A stretch of 64,000 nucleotides of DNA from positions 1,460 through 65,459 of the IMG/VR virus record IMGVR_UViG_3300048996_000065. One strand, given 5' to 3'. The notes under the pieces are model-generated. The model made no database searches. It was not told where the DNA came from and was given only the letters and a program-made list of their open reading frames with translations. Within the stretch, counting starts at the first letter, position 1, and every line of letters begins with the position of its first letter. Made by a program: the position numbers and the translations under genes. Positions 18,263-26,833 of this stretch are shown piece by piece. Source of the stretch: a virus (taxonomy: Duplodnaviria; Caudoviricetes).

Positions 18263-18441
18263 GCCGATTCTCCAGTCAGAAAGATGCTTTGGTCGGGGTG
18301 TTCAGGGTTATCCACCTGTGCAAGCGCGCTCTTGAGCATGAGATAACGCGAAATATCGCCGTTCTTCTCGCACAGCTGATCTAACCGTTCGACCTGTTCT
18401 TGCGTTAGCGTGGTGGTGACGCTGATTCGGGGTAAGGGCAT
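18259..18441 (-). CDS. Ribbon-helix-helix DNA-binding protein
   Basis: RISVTTTLTQEQVERLDQLCEK...SRY, CopG-like; AGGAG RBS. Confidence 0.6.
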   Translation of the reverse strand: MPLPRISVTTTLTQEQVERLDQLCEKNGDISRYLMLKSALAQVDNPEHPDQSIFLTGESA

Positions 18442-18450
18442 ATCGTTCTC

Positions 18451-18660
18451 CTAAGGTTCGATGATTAAAGGATTGCTCATCAGCGTTTCCCATTGCGCGA
18501 GAGCTTTGCATCGCTGGCATTGCGCTGTGATCTCCCGCTTCACGGCGCTGTCCGCGTACGGGACGTTGTATTGGCACGTACATGCGGTCGTTACCTTCAG
18601 CACGCGGTACAGCTCGTGAGCCGCTTCTGCGATGCTTACGCCTTGCGCAACGCTGGTCAT
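18451..18660 (-). CDS. Small Cys-containing hypothetical protein
   Basis: CTC...CQRC; ATGA-coupled. Confidence 0.45.
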   Translation of the reverse strand: MTSVAQGVSIAEAAHELYRVLKVTTACTCQYNVPYADSAVKREITAQCQRCKALAQWETLMSNPLIIEP

Positions 18661-19313
18661 GGCATAACCCAACGTCGTACAGGGAGAGCAACCGATCCAA
18701 GGGCCTCGACGTAGACGCGCAACGCATCTTTGACCGGTACGTACGTTGGCGAGTCCCACGTGTTGCGTTCGATCAACCCTGCCTCGCACAGCTCGCGCTG
18801 AATGTTCTCGATAGCGAACGATCCAATTGGGTTGAATCCTGGCTGCCAGTAGTAGCGCATCGCAATCTCGATGAAGAGCGGTGATCGATGCCAGAATCCT
18901 ACATCAAAACGCGATTCAGTTGAGAACACGTAACGCTTCGCCTGCTCAACCATCGAGGGATCTGGATCCATGACCGCTTGTCGAACGCCGCCATCGATCT
19001 CAACCTCTTCGAATGCGCGAGGTGTAGTCATGAACGAGTTAACCTGGACCACGGCTTCCTCGCCGGGTTTGATATCGAGGGCCGGCATGTTCGACTCTGG
19101 TCCAAGATGACCGTCGAATACGTCGTGGATATTCCGTTCAGGGATGCGTGCTTCATCTACCATCGTAACCGCACCAGCGCCGCTCAATGCGGCAGCGTAA
19201 CCGCTAGCGACGTCCACTCGATCTCGCCATAGTCGATCACGCTCCTTCTCTTTCAGCTGATCGACGGCGCGTTCTGCGCAACGAGAACATGGGTTGGTTT
19301 TATCGTCGGCCAT
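18657..19313 (-). CDS. Hypothetical protein
   Basis: Start MADDK at 19313 with GGAG RBS. Confidence 0.55.
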   Translation of the reverse strand: MADDKTNPCSRCAERAVDQLKEKERDRLWRDRVDVASGYAAALSGAGAVTMVDEARIPERNIHDVFDGHLGPESNMPALDIKPGEEAVVQVNSFMTTPRAFEEVEIDGGVRQAVMDPDPSMVEQAKRYVFSTESRFDVGFWHRSPLFIEIAMRYYWQPGFNPIGSFAIENIQRELCEAGLIERNTWDSPTYVPVKDALRVYVEALGSVALPVRRWVMP

Positions 19314-19369
19314 ACCGCATCTCCGAGTAGTAATTCTAGTTGGGAGTCTGCGAGCGATCGCGACATCCA

Positions 19370-19535
19370 CTCGTTGAGCATCGCAACGAGAAATGGTAGG
19401 ATGCGCGAGCGCCGCATTAGAAAGCGCTTGACATGCCGTTGCTATTGCAAGGGTGTTCGTAGCGGTCGATGATCGAAGCGCTTTCTGATGCAGCCGGTAG
19501 AACGCTCGCCCCTGCGATGAACGAGCGTCCTATAT
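19370..19535 (-). ncRNA. Structured intergenic element
   Basis: Hairpin 19498-19532; 11-bp inverted repeat 19419-19429/19476-19486; hairpin near 19370-19391. Confidence 0.35.
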
Positions 19536-19677
19536 CATCTATGGAAAGTCCGTCTTTGTGGTTATGCGTGCTAGAGCATTGGGATCACCTCCAAACGTTT
19601 AGGTGAGTTGCTTTAAGCCGATCGAATCGTCAGGGCGGGGCATATCGTCGCGCTACACGAACGTGCGCGCAACTTTT

Positions 19678-19899
19678 CTATTCACCGGCTCGAATAGCGT
19701 CGATCTGTTCGCGTGTCACGGTGCGCTTGCAATCCATGCAGCGCGGAACATTGCAGCGAATCAGCCGTAAGAATTCGTTATCCTCGTCGTGACCGCTCCA
19801 CGTCTCTGAGTGTAGCTCTTCGATGCGCCACTTGTACTCGACGCCATTGACGCCACCGCAATACGGGCAGACTAATTGCTTTTGTTTCTTGGCGGGCAT
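19678..19899 (-). CDS. Zn-ribbon protein
   Basis: CPYCG...CMDC. Confidence 0.55.
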   Translation of the reverse strand: MPAKKQKQLVCPYCGGVNGVEYKWRIEELHSETWSGHDEDNEFLRLIRCNVPRCMDCKRTVTREQIDAIRAGE

Positions 19900-20075
19900 T
19901 TGCGAGCGATTCTCAGGGTGGTGTGCTCGTCCAGCGGTATCTCGATGATCGATGCGCCGCCCGAATGTTCGAGCACGGCCAGGGCTGCACGCTTTAGCCC
20001 GTCCATCAAGGCTTCGTTCTTATCAGCCCACACCGGATCATCGAAGTCCGGTATTACCGTCGGCGGCATGTGCAT
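19872..20075 (-). CDS. Hypothetical protein
   Basis: GGAGG RBS; first substantial gene of the leftward unit. Confidence 0.5.
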   Translation of the reverse strand: MHMPPTVIPDFDDPVWADKNEALMDGLKRAALAVLEHSGGASIIEIPLDEHTTLRIARKCPPRNKSN

Positions 20076-20142
20076 GTCCTCCAGCCGTACGCAGGTCGAG
20101 TACAGATGCAGCGCTTGCGTGTTCGCATCGGGATTTCCTCAG

Positions 20143-20388
20143 GTTAGGAGCAAAGGCGCCAGGAGCGGGTCTGTCGTTGTACTGGCTCGCGTAAACCAGT
20201 CGTCACGATCGTATGCGTTGAGCCGCGTTGCAACTTGGCCCGCATTTTAAAGACCCGCTCCTAACTGCACGGTTGAATTTGGAAGGACGTTTGGAGGTTC
20301 GCTCAGGTTGCAACCCGATTGAATCGCGTGCGGTGTTCCAGGCGGCCGCTAGAACTGGAACCGAAATGCACTTGCACCAAACGCCCAG
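20143..20388 (-). ncRNA. Putative structured non-coding RNA / long 5' leader
   Basis: Two multi-stem domains (20285-20386, 20161-20265); wobbles favour the minus strand; extended -10 TGnTAATAT just upstream. Confidence 0.45.
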
Positions 20389-20559
20389 AGCAGCATATTA
20401 GCACGAGCTAATCTTGGTGGTTAAAATCTACTCAACAGAGAATTGGTTAAGATTTGATCAGCGCTATGAGAATAGAAGATAACGATCATGTATAGTTCCG
20501 GAAAGTATGTGAGGTTGAGTACGTGACCACACGTCCGCAAGATGATCGTAAAGAAGATG

Positions 20560-20945
20560 ACAAATAACCCCTAAAACCTCTCTTATGCATAGTTTTATAT
20601 GCACAAATTATACATAGTCCAAGCAAATGTAAGATTTAAGTTATTAATTAATATAGCATTCCATATATATAAGCATCGAATAGGATACGGATTTAGCGTT
20701 TTAAGAATCGTGCGTTATATAGCTATCTTATTCTTTCGTCTATTTTCTTTCGCGCGTGTGCGCGTCCGCGCGAGCACGTATGCACACATGAGCAAATGCC
20801 GTAAAACGTAGCACTTAAATCTATTTGTCCACACAATTGTGCATAGGTTGTACGTACCAATGTACGCATAAAGAATAAATATTTCCTCACTTAGCGCTCG
20901 TTCTTATAGCATGCATACGATTTATTGCGCATATGAGGAATAGAA
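20560..20945. promoter_or_regulatory. AT-rich divergent control region (possible origin or genome terminus)
   Basis: Visibly AT-rich non-coding stretch between the leftward and rightward units, with a CGCGCGTGTGCGCG island near 20751. Confidence 0.5.
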
Positions 20946-21335
20946 ATGGCTGAACGAAAAATACTACGCTACCTTCCGAGCGGTGAGCCCGTCTACGAAC
21001 GCAAGCCGCAGAAGAAGGATGACGCTTGGTATGCCGAGCAGGAGCGCATACGCAAAACCGAGATAACCGCAGAGCGTGCGGCTCGTGCGCGTCCGCGCTA
21101 CTCGATAAGCGTGCCCAGCTCCACGATGCAACAAGCGCGCGAGATAGGTAACGGCAATGCCAGTAGGGGAATAGAAATCGCATGCGTCTCCTATCTATCC
21201 ACTGGCGTGAAACCCAAATCGATTGCACGCGCGCGGCTATTAGAAGCGCTCGCTCGCATGGATGCGCCGCGCAGGCATGTCGCACGCAGGAATTGGAATC
21301 GCAAACACAAGGGAGGCCGTCGTGTCAAAAAATAA
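20946..21335 (+). CDS. Putative DNA-binding protein (RHH-like)
   Basis: YSISVP...AREIGNGNASRGI; GAGG RBS; first rightward gene. Confidence 0.55.
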   Translation: MAERKILRYLPSGEPVYERKPQKKDDAWYAEQERIRKTEITAERAARARPRYSISVPSSTMQQAREIGNGNASRGIEIACVSYLSTGVKPKSIARARLLEALARMDAPRRHVARRNWNRKHKGGRRVKK

Positions 21336-21576
21336 ACGACCGCTGCAGGTGAAAGGGGATAAACAACGACCGGGTGGGCTTCTGCTCGTTCAGGGAATAC
21401 GCATCGTGGCAGACGTGCGCATCGTGCCGGTACCCGCGCGCGGTCGCAAGACCAGGGACGAGTGGTCGATTCATTGCCGCGAACGATACTGCACGTATGC
21501 GGGCCAATCCTCGCCGGCTCTTGCTCACGCTCTATACGTTGCTCATTACGGGGAAGAACATGACCACCACAAATAA
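21322..21576 (+). CDS. Hypothetical early protein
   Basis: GTG start with GGAGG RBS. Confidence 0.45.
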   Translation: MSKNKRPLQVKGDKQRPGGLLLVQGIRIVADVRIVPVPARGRKTRDEWSIHCRERYCTYAGQSSPALAHALYVAHYGEEHDHHK

Positions 21577-22495
21577 GGCTGAGATTCTACGATCCGCTGC
21601 GAACATCCTACGATCGTTCCTTGACGATTTCGAGCTGATGAGTACGTTCGCGAACGAGATACGCATGGAGCGCACAATCACGCTATTGAACGAGATTGCG
21701 GATACGCTAGCAAACCCTGCACGCATGAAGCGCCGTCCACCCGTGCGTCGCTTGATCACGCCGCAGATGCTAGCGATGGGTGAATCCATGAGCCTATCGA
21801 TCGCACCCGACAAATCGTTGTGCTTACGCGTGACCGGAGACGGTGCGCTGAACGTTCAGGGTTCGCATGTTCTGACCATATACCCGTTGCACTCCAACTC
21901 GTTTGACGTGCGCTTCCCACGCAAGCATATGCAGCCGTACGCGCTCGAATCGATGCCACCGCTAGGGACCGAGAGCCCGCAGGCAATACTCGAATCTGCG
22001 ATCATCAAACCGTTGACGCAACGCGACAGTCCGGGCGTCCGCATTGCCAAATCCCTGGGCATACCCGAGATTACCCGAGAGATACGGTCCCCAAAGAGTG
22101 AAGCGGCATTTATCGAGCGCGAGCTAGAAGCGGCTGGCGTAGCACGTACATTGCAACCGGGCTGGAAACGCATGGACGGCATAGCCGAGGACGACGAATG
22201 CTCCTACGTGCATCGAGGATCCCAGCAGCAGTGTCTCTTGCCGTTGGGGCATAGCGAGCGGCATTCGACCGTACGACCGTCGGACGTTCCTATAAAGCCC
22301 GCACGCACGTGCTTATGCGAGCCCGACGGCCAGGGCATCGCTTCGAATTGCCCGGTTCATCCGATGCGTGCGCGCAAACCCAAGCCCGGTACAAAGGATT
22401 GGCAACGTCAACAAGTCTCCGAGATTCGCAAGTGGGCACGTAAGCCCGCAAAGAAAATAAGCGTGGCGCAACGCGCCGCACGGAGGAAGAAATGA
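21560..22495 (+). CDS. Hypothetical early protein with Cys/His knuckles
   Basis: Start MTTTNK; C...C.LP.GH...H and CLC...NCPVH. Confidence 0.55.
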   Translation: MTTTNKAEILRSAANILRSFLDDFELMSTFANEIRMERTITLLNEIADTLANPARMKRRPPVRRLITPQMLAMGESMSLSIAPDKSLCLRVTGDGALNVQGSHVLTIYPLHSNSFDVRFPRKHMQPYALESMPPLGTESPQAILESAIIKPLTQRDSPGVRIAKSLGIPEITREIRSPKSEAAFIERELEAAGVARTLQPGWKRMDGIAEDDECSYVHRGSQQQCLLPLGHSERHSTVRPSDVPIKPARTCLCEPDGQGIASNCPVHPMRARKPKPGTKDWQRQQVSEIRKWARKPAKKISVAQRAARRKK

Positions 22496-22692
22496 ACGCA
22501 TTCATAGACTCGGAAGGGACGCTGTATATCACGGCGAATGCCATCGGTACCAGCGAAGGCTTCGCTCTGAGCTGTTGGCACGAACGGTGGTTGGCAGGAA
22601 CGTCCAAGCTCGTGATCACGCCGACGTTCGATAAAACGATCACCCACCACTCGATTCGTCCCGACCCGCATCCAGAGGAGCGCAAGCGATGA
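22492..22692 (+). CDS. Hypothetical early protein
   Basis: ATGA-coupled, GGAGG RBS. Confidence 0.5.
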   Translation: MNAFIDSEGTLYITANAIGTSEGFALSCWHERWLAGTSKLVITPTFDKTITHHSIRPDPHPEERKR

Positions 22693-22889
22693 GAAACCGT
22701 CCGCCACCGGGTTCGTTGGTTTGGTGGAGATTTATATCCGCCGATTCGAAGGCGTACCGCTTCGGCTATTGCACCTATGAGCACGGTCACAACCTCGTGC
22801 GCATGGGCAACTACAACGGCGATACGACCGGAGGGCAGGTTGTGGATGCGGACGATATCGAATGGAAACCGTGGAGCAGCCAGGCATGA
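22689..22889 (+). CDS. Hypothetical early protein (SH3-like)
   Basis: ATGA-coupled, GAGGAG RBS. Confidence 0.5.
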   Translation: MRNRPPPGSLVWWRFISADSKAYRFGYCTYEHGHNLVRMGNYNGDTTGGQVVDADDIEWKPWSSQA

Positions 22890-23140
22890 GCAACCCGCCG
22901 ACCTTAGTTGAATTGACCGATATGTTGCGCGATGTGATTGGGCTGACCAAGAGCGCGATTGCCGAGATGAGCGAGCGCATCACGGCGTTGGAGGAAACCG
23001 CGCGCAAGTACAACGAGCTGGTGCAACGCATCGAGGGAGCTATCGCATATCACGACACCCAACAATCGTTCGCGGATGCGATGGGAATAAAGACCGCGCA
23101 CGTAACGGTTCGCAAGCAACTAGAGGAGCTGCTGAAGTGA
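22886..23140 (+). CDS. Hypothetical coiled-coil protein
   Basis: ATGA-coupled. Confidence 0.5.
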   Translation: MSNPPTLVELTDMLRDVIGLTKSAIAEMSERITALEETARKYNELVQRIEGAIAYHDTQQSFADAMGIKTAHVTVRKQLEELLK

Positions 23141-23451
23141 GCAAGGATTTCAAGTTGATTGCGAAGCCATGTCCGTGCGGTTGCTCGAAGTTTATTGTGG
23201 GTCCGCTCTTCGGCTGCCAATGCTCCTCCCTGCACAAAGAGGATGCGGACGAGTTGGTCAAGCGCTGGAACGAGCACGAGGTGATATGCGGGCGGGTCAA
23301 AACGCGCGTCGCATTTCACAAGCAGCGCATTGCAGACTGGAGCAATCCGAAGATGGCCGTGGTTCCCGCTACTCGTTCGGTTCGCAAGGGTGCAATCGAA
23401 TTCCATGAGAGTATGATACGAGAATTGGAGAGTTTATGCGATTCGTTCTAA
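23137..23451 (+). CDS. Hypothetical protein with Lar-like Cys motif
   Basis: KPCPCGC...C.C...A...WN. Confidence 0.5.
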   Translation: MSKDFKLIAKPCPCGCSKFIVGPLFGCQCSSLHKEDADELVKRWNEHEVICGRVKTRVAFHKQRIADWSNPKMAVVPATRSVRKGAIEFHESMIRELESLCDSF

Positions 23452-23624
23452 TCGTTTGGGTCTATGCTAATGGAACGCTTGTGCCGCACGTGCGCCCGGG
23501 CATATACCCAGACGAGACGACGTGCATGACCGTGGCGAAGATTGAATTCGATAAAGCTGGAAAGCGTTACCGTACACCATCGCCCACCACTTGTGAACCG
23601 TTAAGCAACGACAGGGAGAGCTGA
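23436..23624 (+). CDS. Small protein with hydrophobic N-terminus and two Cys
   Basis: MRFVLIVWVY...TC...TCEP; GGAG RBS. Confidence 0.5.
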   Translation: MRFVLIVWVYANGTLVPHVRPGIYPDETTCMTVAKIEFDKAGKRYRTPSPTTCEPLSNDRES

Positions 23625-23625
23625 G

Positions 23626-23772
23626 ATGATCAAGGTTTTAATTGCGTTACTTATTCTCGCGGTAGAAGCGCCGCTCGTCTATTGGCTAGCGAAAACTCAG
23701 AAAAGCTTATACCTGGTTCTATTGGTATCGGTGATCTGCGGCTTGCTGCTAGGAGCGCTGGCATGGGTATGA
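23626..23772 (+). CDS. Small two-helix membrane protein
   Basis: MIKVLIALLILAVEAPLVYWLAKTQKSLYLVLLVSVICGLLLGALAWV; GGGAG RBS; below the ORF-track cutoff. Confidence 0.5.
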   Translation: MIKVLIALLILAVEAPLVYWLAKTQKSLYLVLLVSVICGLLLGALAWV

Positions 23773-23969
23773 ATTCGCATCGCGTCACACTGCTGGTAAC
23801 GCTCGATGTAGAAACCGTTCGATCAGCGGGGGGTGTAGGTTACGCGTTACGAAACTCCAAACCGTTGCGCGAATCGGTGGAGAATTTCGTAGCGCTCGAA
23901 ATGACGCTCCCTAGCGCGCGAGTGTTCGGAAAGGCCAAGATGAAAAAGCTGAAGGTGACCGTATCATGA
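23763..23969 (+). CDS. Hypothetical protein
   Basis: AGGAG RBS before ATG 23763. Confidence 0.45.
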   Translation: MGMNSHRVTLLVTLDVETVRSAGGVGYALRNSKPLRESVENFVALEMTLPSARVFGKAKMKKLKVTVS

Positions 23970-24268
23970 AATTCAAGGGCTGGCGTACGAAAGGCAAGCT
24001 GCACACCTACGACGTGCGGATCAACTGCGATTGGATGGGAGATGCCGTTGCTCGCGTCTACGTCGTAGCTCCGCGTCGGTGGTTTCCAGGGTTACACTGG
24101 AAGCACGTTTATACGTCGTACGACGGTCGCGGCTGTCCACGCGACCCAGCGGGATTCAAGCGCGTTGCAGAAGCCGCTGTCTTTAACTATGAGCATTGGA
24201 AGCTGGCATGGGAAAAGCACGAGAACGAACAAACCTGGAATGAAACCGTAGAGAGAAACATTAAATGA
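23966..24268 (+). CDS. Hypothetical protein
   Basis: ATGA-coupled 100 aa ORF. Confidence 0.5.
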   Translation: MKFKGWRTKGKLHTYDVRINCDWMGDAVARVYVVAPRRWFPGLHWKHVYTSYDGRGCPRDPAGFKRVAEAAVFNYEHWKLAWEKHENEQTWNETVERNIK

Positions 24269-24672
24269 AGAACGTACACTTGACCTTAGAATACCCGCGT
24301 CTGCGCACGCTGCGACGATTGCTGGATTACGCTTTCGAAAACGCGCCACGCGAATGGTATGCGGATAACGCGGAATTCATCGAAGCCACGAAACTAACGC
24401 TTCAGGTGGACGAGCTGGCGAAGGTTGGAAACGAGCCCGCCCCAGGTGCGGAGGAGCTGACCGACGAAGAGCCCGCATCCCACCACAGTCTGAGCCCTCG
24501 CGAGTTCGGCGTGATGACGCGCATTGCTCACGGGGTCAGCCCGGCCACGATCGCCAGGGAGCTGGGGCTATCAGTCAAAACGGTTAGCACCTATCGCGCT
24601 CGTACGCTTACAAAGATGCGCATGCGCTCGAATGCGGAGCTGGCGATTTATTGCGAGCGTCACAACATATAA
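24265..24672 (+). CDS. LuxR/NarL-type HTH protein without receiver domain
   Basis: LSPREFGVM..IAHG....IARELGLSVKTVSTYRAR...KM.M.SNAELA.Y. Confidence 0.85.
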   Translation: MKNVHLTLEYPRLRTLRRLLDYAFENAPREWYADNAEFIEATKLTLQVDELAKVGNEPAPGAEELTDEEPASHHSLSPREFGVMTRIAHGVSPATIARELGLSVKTVSTYRARTLTKMRMRSNAELAIYCERHNI

Positions 24673-24684
24673 GGAGAGATTCGA

Positions 24685-24990
24685 ATGTCCCGACGAACCT
24701 TTATGAGCTGGCGCGTGTATAAGGACGAGGACGGCGATACCAGCCAGGATGCATGCTTGCAATCGGTTGCGTTGATCCGAAGTAACGTCCAAACGAAAGA
24801 GCAGCCGATATTCACACGACGCTGGGTAACCGTCGCACGCGGTGACCCGGAATCGATGCTGGAGATTGCACGTGCGCTGAACGCCGCGCGCTTTTCGATG
24901 TTCGATTTGAATCCGCCGTCGATGCCAGGGAGCAAGGATGAAACCGTTCTACCTACAAAATCGCGCAGGAAAAGCGCACGCAAAACTTAG
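24685..24990 (+). CDS. Hypothetical protein
   Basis: AAGGAG RBS. Confidence 0.5.
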   Translation: MSRRTFMSWRVYKDEDGDTSQDACLQSVALIRSNVQTKEQPIFTRRWVTVARGDPESMLEIARALNAARFSMFDLNPPSMPGSKDETVLPTKSRRKSARKT

Positions 24991-25019
24991 AGCAATAGCC
25001 CAACAGCTGGAGAAAGAGC

Positions 25020-25586
25020 ATGCCGTCATACATCGATCTGACTCGTCGAGCCCAACGGTTTCTAGCCGACAACCCGGAGATCAAGTCCATTACGATGCAG
25101 CGACCGGGGGAGAAGCCGGTCAAGTACTGTAATCCGAATCAGGAAAGCTTTCAGCGCATGCCTGAGTCGTGTCCGACCGTTCAGGAAATTCTCAATCAAC
25201 ATTTACCCGGCGATGATAAAGAGATTCTACGTAAAGAAATTTTCGCGGACCTTCACGACCGGGTCACCGATAAGTTTCGCGATGCATTGAACGAAGCGAT
25301 TCAATCGAAACATTATCTGCTACGCGTTGTAGAGAGTGTGATAGACGATTTGAAACGCGGAGAACGCGAGGCCCGATTGGCGATGGAAATGACCGAAGCG
25401 AGGAGAGACAATGAACGATCCAGAGAAGAACGAGCAAACCCCGTTCTCATCATCGAGCCCGCCCAAGCCGATGAGAGCGAAGACGGAGAAGAAGACGACA
25501 CCGTCGAGGAGATCGAGGACACCGCAGTCGAGGGGCTCGATTTCGTCCGAGCGCCCCAACGCGCGGCCTCGCGGCGCAGAAGATAA
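25020..25586 (+). CDS. Hypothetical protein with acidic C-terminus
   Basis: GGAG RBS, 188 aa. Confidence 0.55.
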   Translation: MPSYIDLTRRAQRFLADNPEIKSITMQRPGEKPVKYCNPNQESFQRMPESCPTVQEILNQHLPGDDKEILRKEIFADLHDRVTDKFRDALNEAIQSKHYLLRVVESVIDDLKRGEREARLAMEMTEARRDNERSREERANPVLIIEPAQADESEDGEEDDTVEEIEDTAVEGLDFVRAPQRAASRRRR

Positions 25587-25779
25587 ACGATTCTTGCGAG
25601 CGTTGCAGGTCGCATACGGTCAACAGGCTGAACGCTTGAAGAAGATCGGTTACATGATCGAAGCTATCGAGAATCGAGCGATGGCTGTCGACGGTCCCGT
25701 AGATCCGACGTACAAGCACGTGACCGACGACGATCTACGATACATTTACACATTGGCAACGGGGAGAAAAATTCGATGA
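25411..25779 (+). CDS. Hypothetical protein (start uncertain, overlaps upstream gene)
   Basis: AGGAG RBS before ATG 25411; IENRAMAVDGPV.PT. Confidence 0.45.
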   Translation: MNDPEKNEQTPFSSSSPPKPMRAKTEKKTTPSRRSRTPQSRGSISSERPNARPRGAEDKRFLRALQVAYGQQAERLKKIGYMIEAIENRAMAVDGPVDPTYKHVTDDDLRYIYTLATGRKIR

Positions 25780-25964
25780 ACGTTTGCGAGTGCTGTGGGG
25801 GAGAGGCAGCTGGTACGACATGTACTTCTTGCCGCTCATCCCGCTACTATTGGAAAAGCCGAACGCCGCGTCAGCGCATCAAGCGACGCGAACGTCTGGA
25901 GCTTTTCCGATCCCGATTCGATCATTTTTTCGCTGGCGATGTTAAGAAGGAGAAATCGAAATGA
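25776..25964 (+). CDS. Small Zn-finger protein
   Basis: CECCG...CTSC; ATGA-coupled. Confidence 0.5.
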   Translation: MNVCECCGGEAAGTTCTSCRSSRYYWKSRTPRQRIKRRERLELFRSRFDHFFAGDVKKEKSK

Positions 25965-26254
25965 GTCATCCGTTAAAAGGCCGCAAGCTTACTAAGAAGC
26001 AGCTTGCTCAACGAGCTGCTACGCGTGCCGCAAATAAGGCAGCACCCCCTGAACCGAAACGCAAGGCCAAGGAAGGCGCTAGAACGGTCGAGCAAGTGCT
26101 GGCCGATATGAAGGAGGCGCATTACTACGTGGACAAGGCCGTCGGATACGTGCGCCGCGAAATTCGTGCGGGTCAGCGCAAGCTGAACGAAGTAACAGAC
26201 TTCGAGGTTTGCATGTATATGGCGAAGCGGTACTTGGAAGGAGGCATGCGATGA
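25961..26254 (+). CDS. Basic hypothetical protein
   Basis: AAGGAG RBS. Confidence 0.5.
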   Translation: MSHPLKGRKLTKKQLAQRAATRAANKAAPPEPKRKAKEGARTVEQVLADMKEAHYYVDKAVGYVRREIRAGQRKLNEVTDFEVCMYMAKRYLEGGMR

Positions 26255-26568
26255 TTACGCTAGATAGATACGGCAGAACCGGAGCGCTGCTGATTACGTT
26301 CGCGCTTGCGTTCGCATTCACAACGCTATTGCAGGGATGCAAGGTATCCACGAACGAGCCGTCGACGCAACCCGAGACCGGCAATGATCCGAAGATGCTT
26401 TGGGAAGTTGGCGATACGGCGGCGTGGGAGTTCAGGGATTCGATGGCGCGCGTATGCGTATACGTGGAAGCGAACGGGATCAAGGAACGATCGGGAGCGC
26501 TCGATTGCGGCTATCCTCCGGATTGGGGCAAGCCACCAACCACGTATGAGAGTTTGAAACCAGAGTAA
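26251..26568 (+). CDS. Putative lipoprotein
   Basis: Hydrophobic stretch followed by lipobox LLQGC; GGAGG RBS. Confidence 0.6.
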   Translation: MITLDRYGRTGALLITFALAFAFTTLLQGCKVSTNEPSTQPETGNDPKMLWEVGDTAAWEFRDSMARVCVYVEANGIKERSGALDCGYPPDWGKPPTTYESLKPE

Positions 26569-26833
26569 AGCGCTATTTCACATAATATGCGGGTTTCTTA
26601 TCGGTAATGCACGGGCGGGGCGTCGGGTTCCGTCCGTCAGAATAAATCGGCTCGCAGCAGAAAAAAGCATTGGATTTTTTGCAATTATGTGAAAACGGAC
26701 CCTACAAAGACTAAAAATCTTTTAGGATAGCTCCACGGTAAGCGGTAACGCGGACCGGACGGGAAGCGGGGATAGCTCGCAGCCCGTAGCCCGAAAAACC
26801 GAAACGATCCTTTTCTACCACTGGAGTTTTACG

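Noticed and set aside
20599-20811. 70-aa ORF in the AT-rich region
   Set aside because: No RBS and atypical composition; probably non-coding
26740-26800. Possible twister or other ribozyme in the leader upstream of the hammerhead-flanked gene
   Set aside because: TAAC and AAGC are present, but the required pseudoknot pairings could not be found
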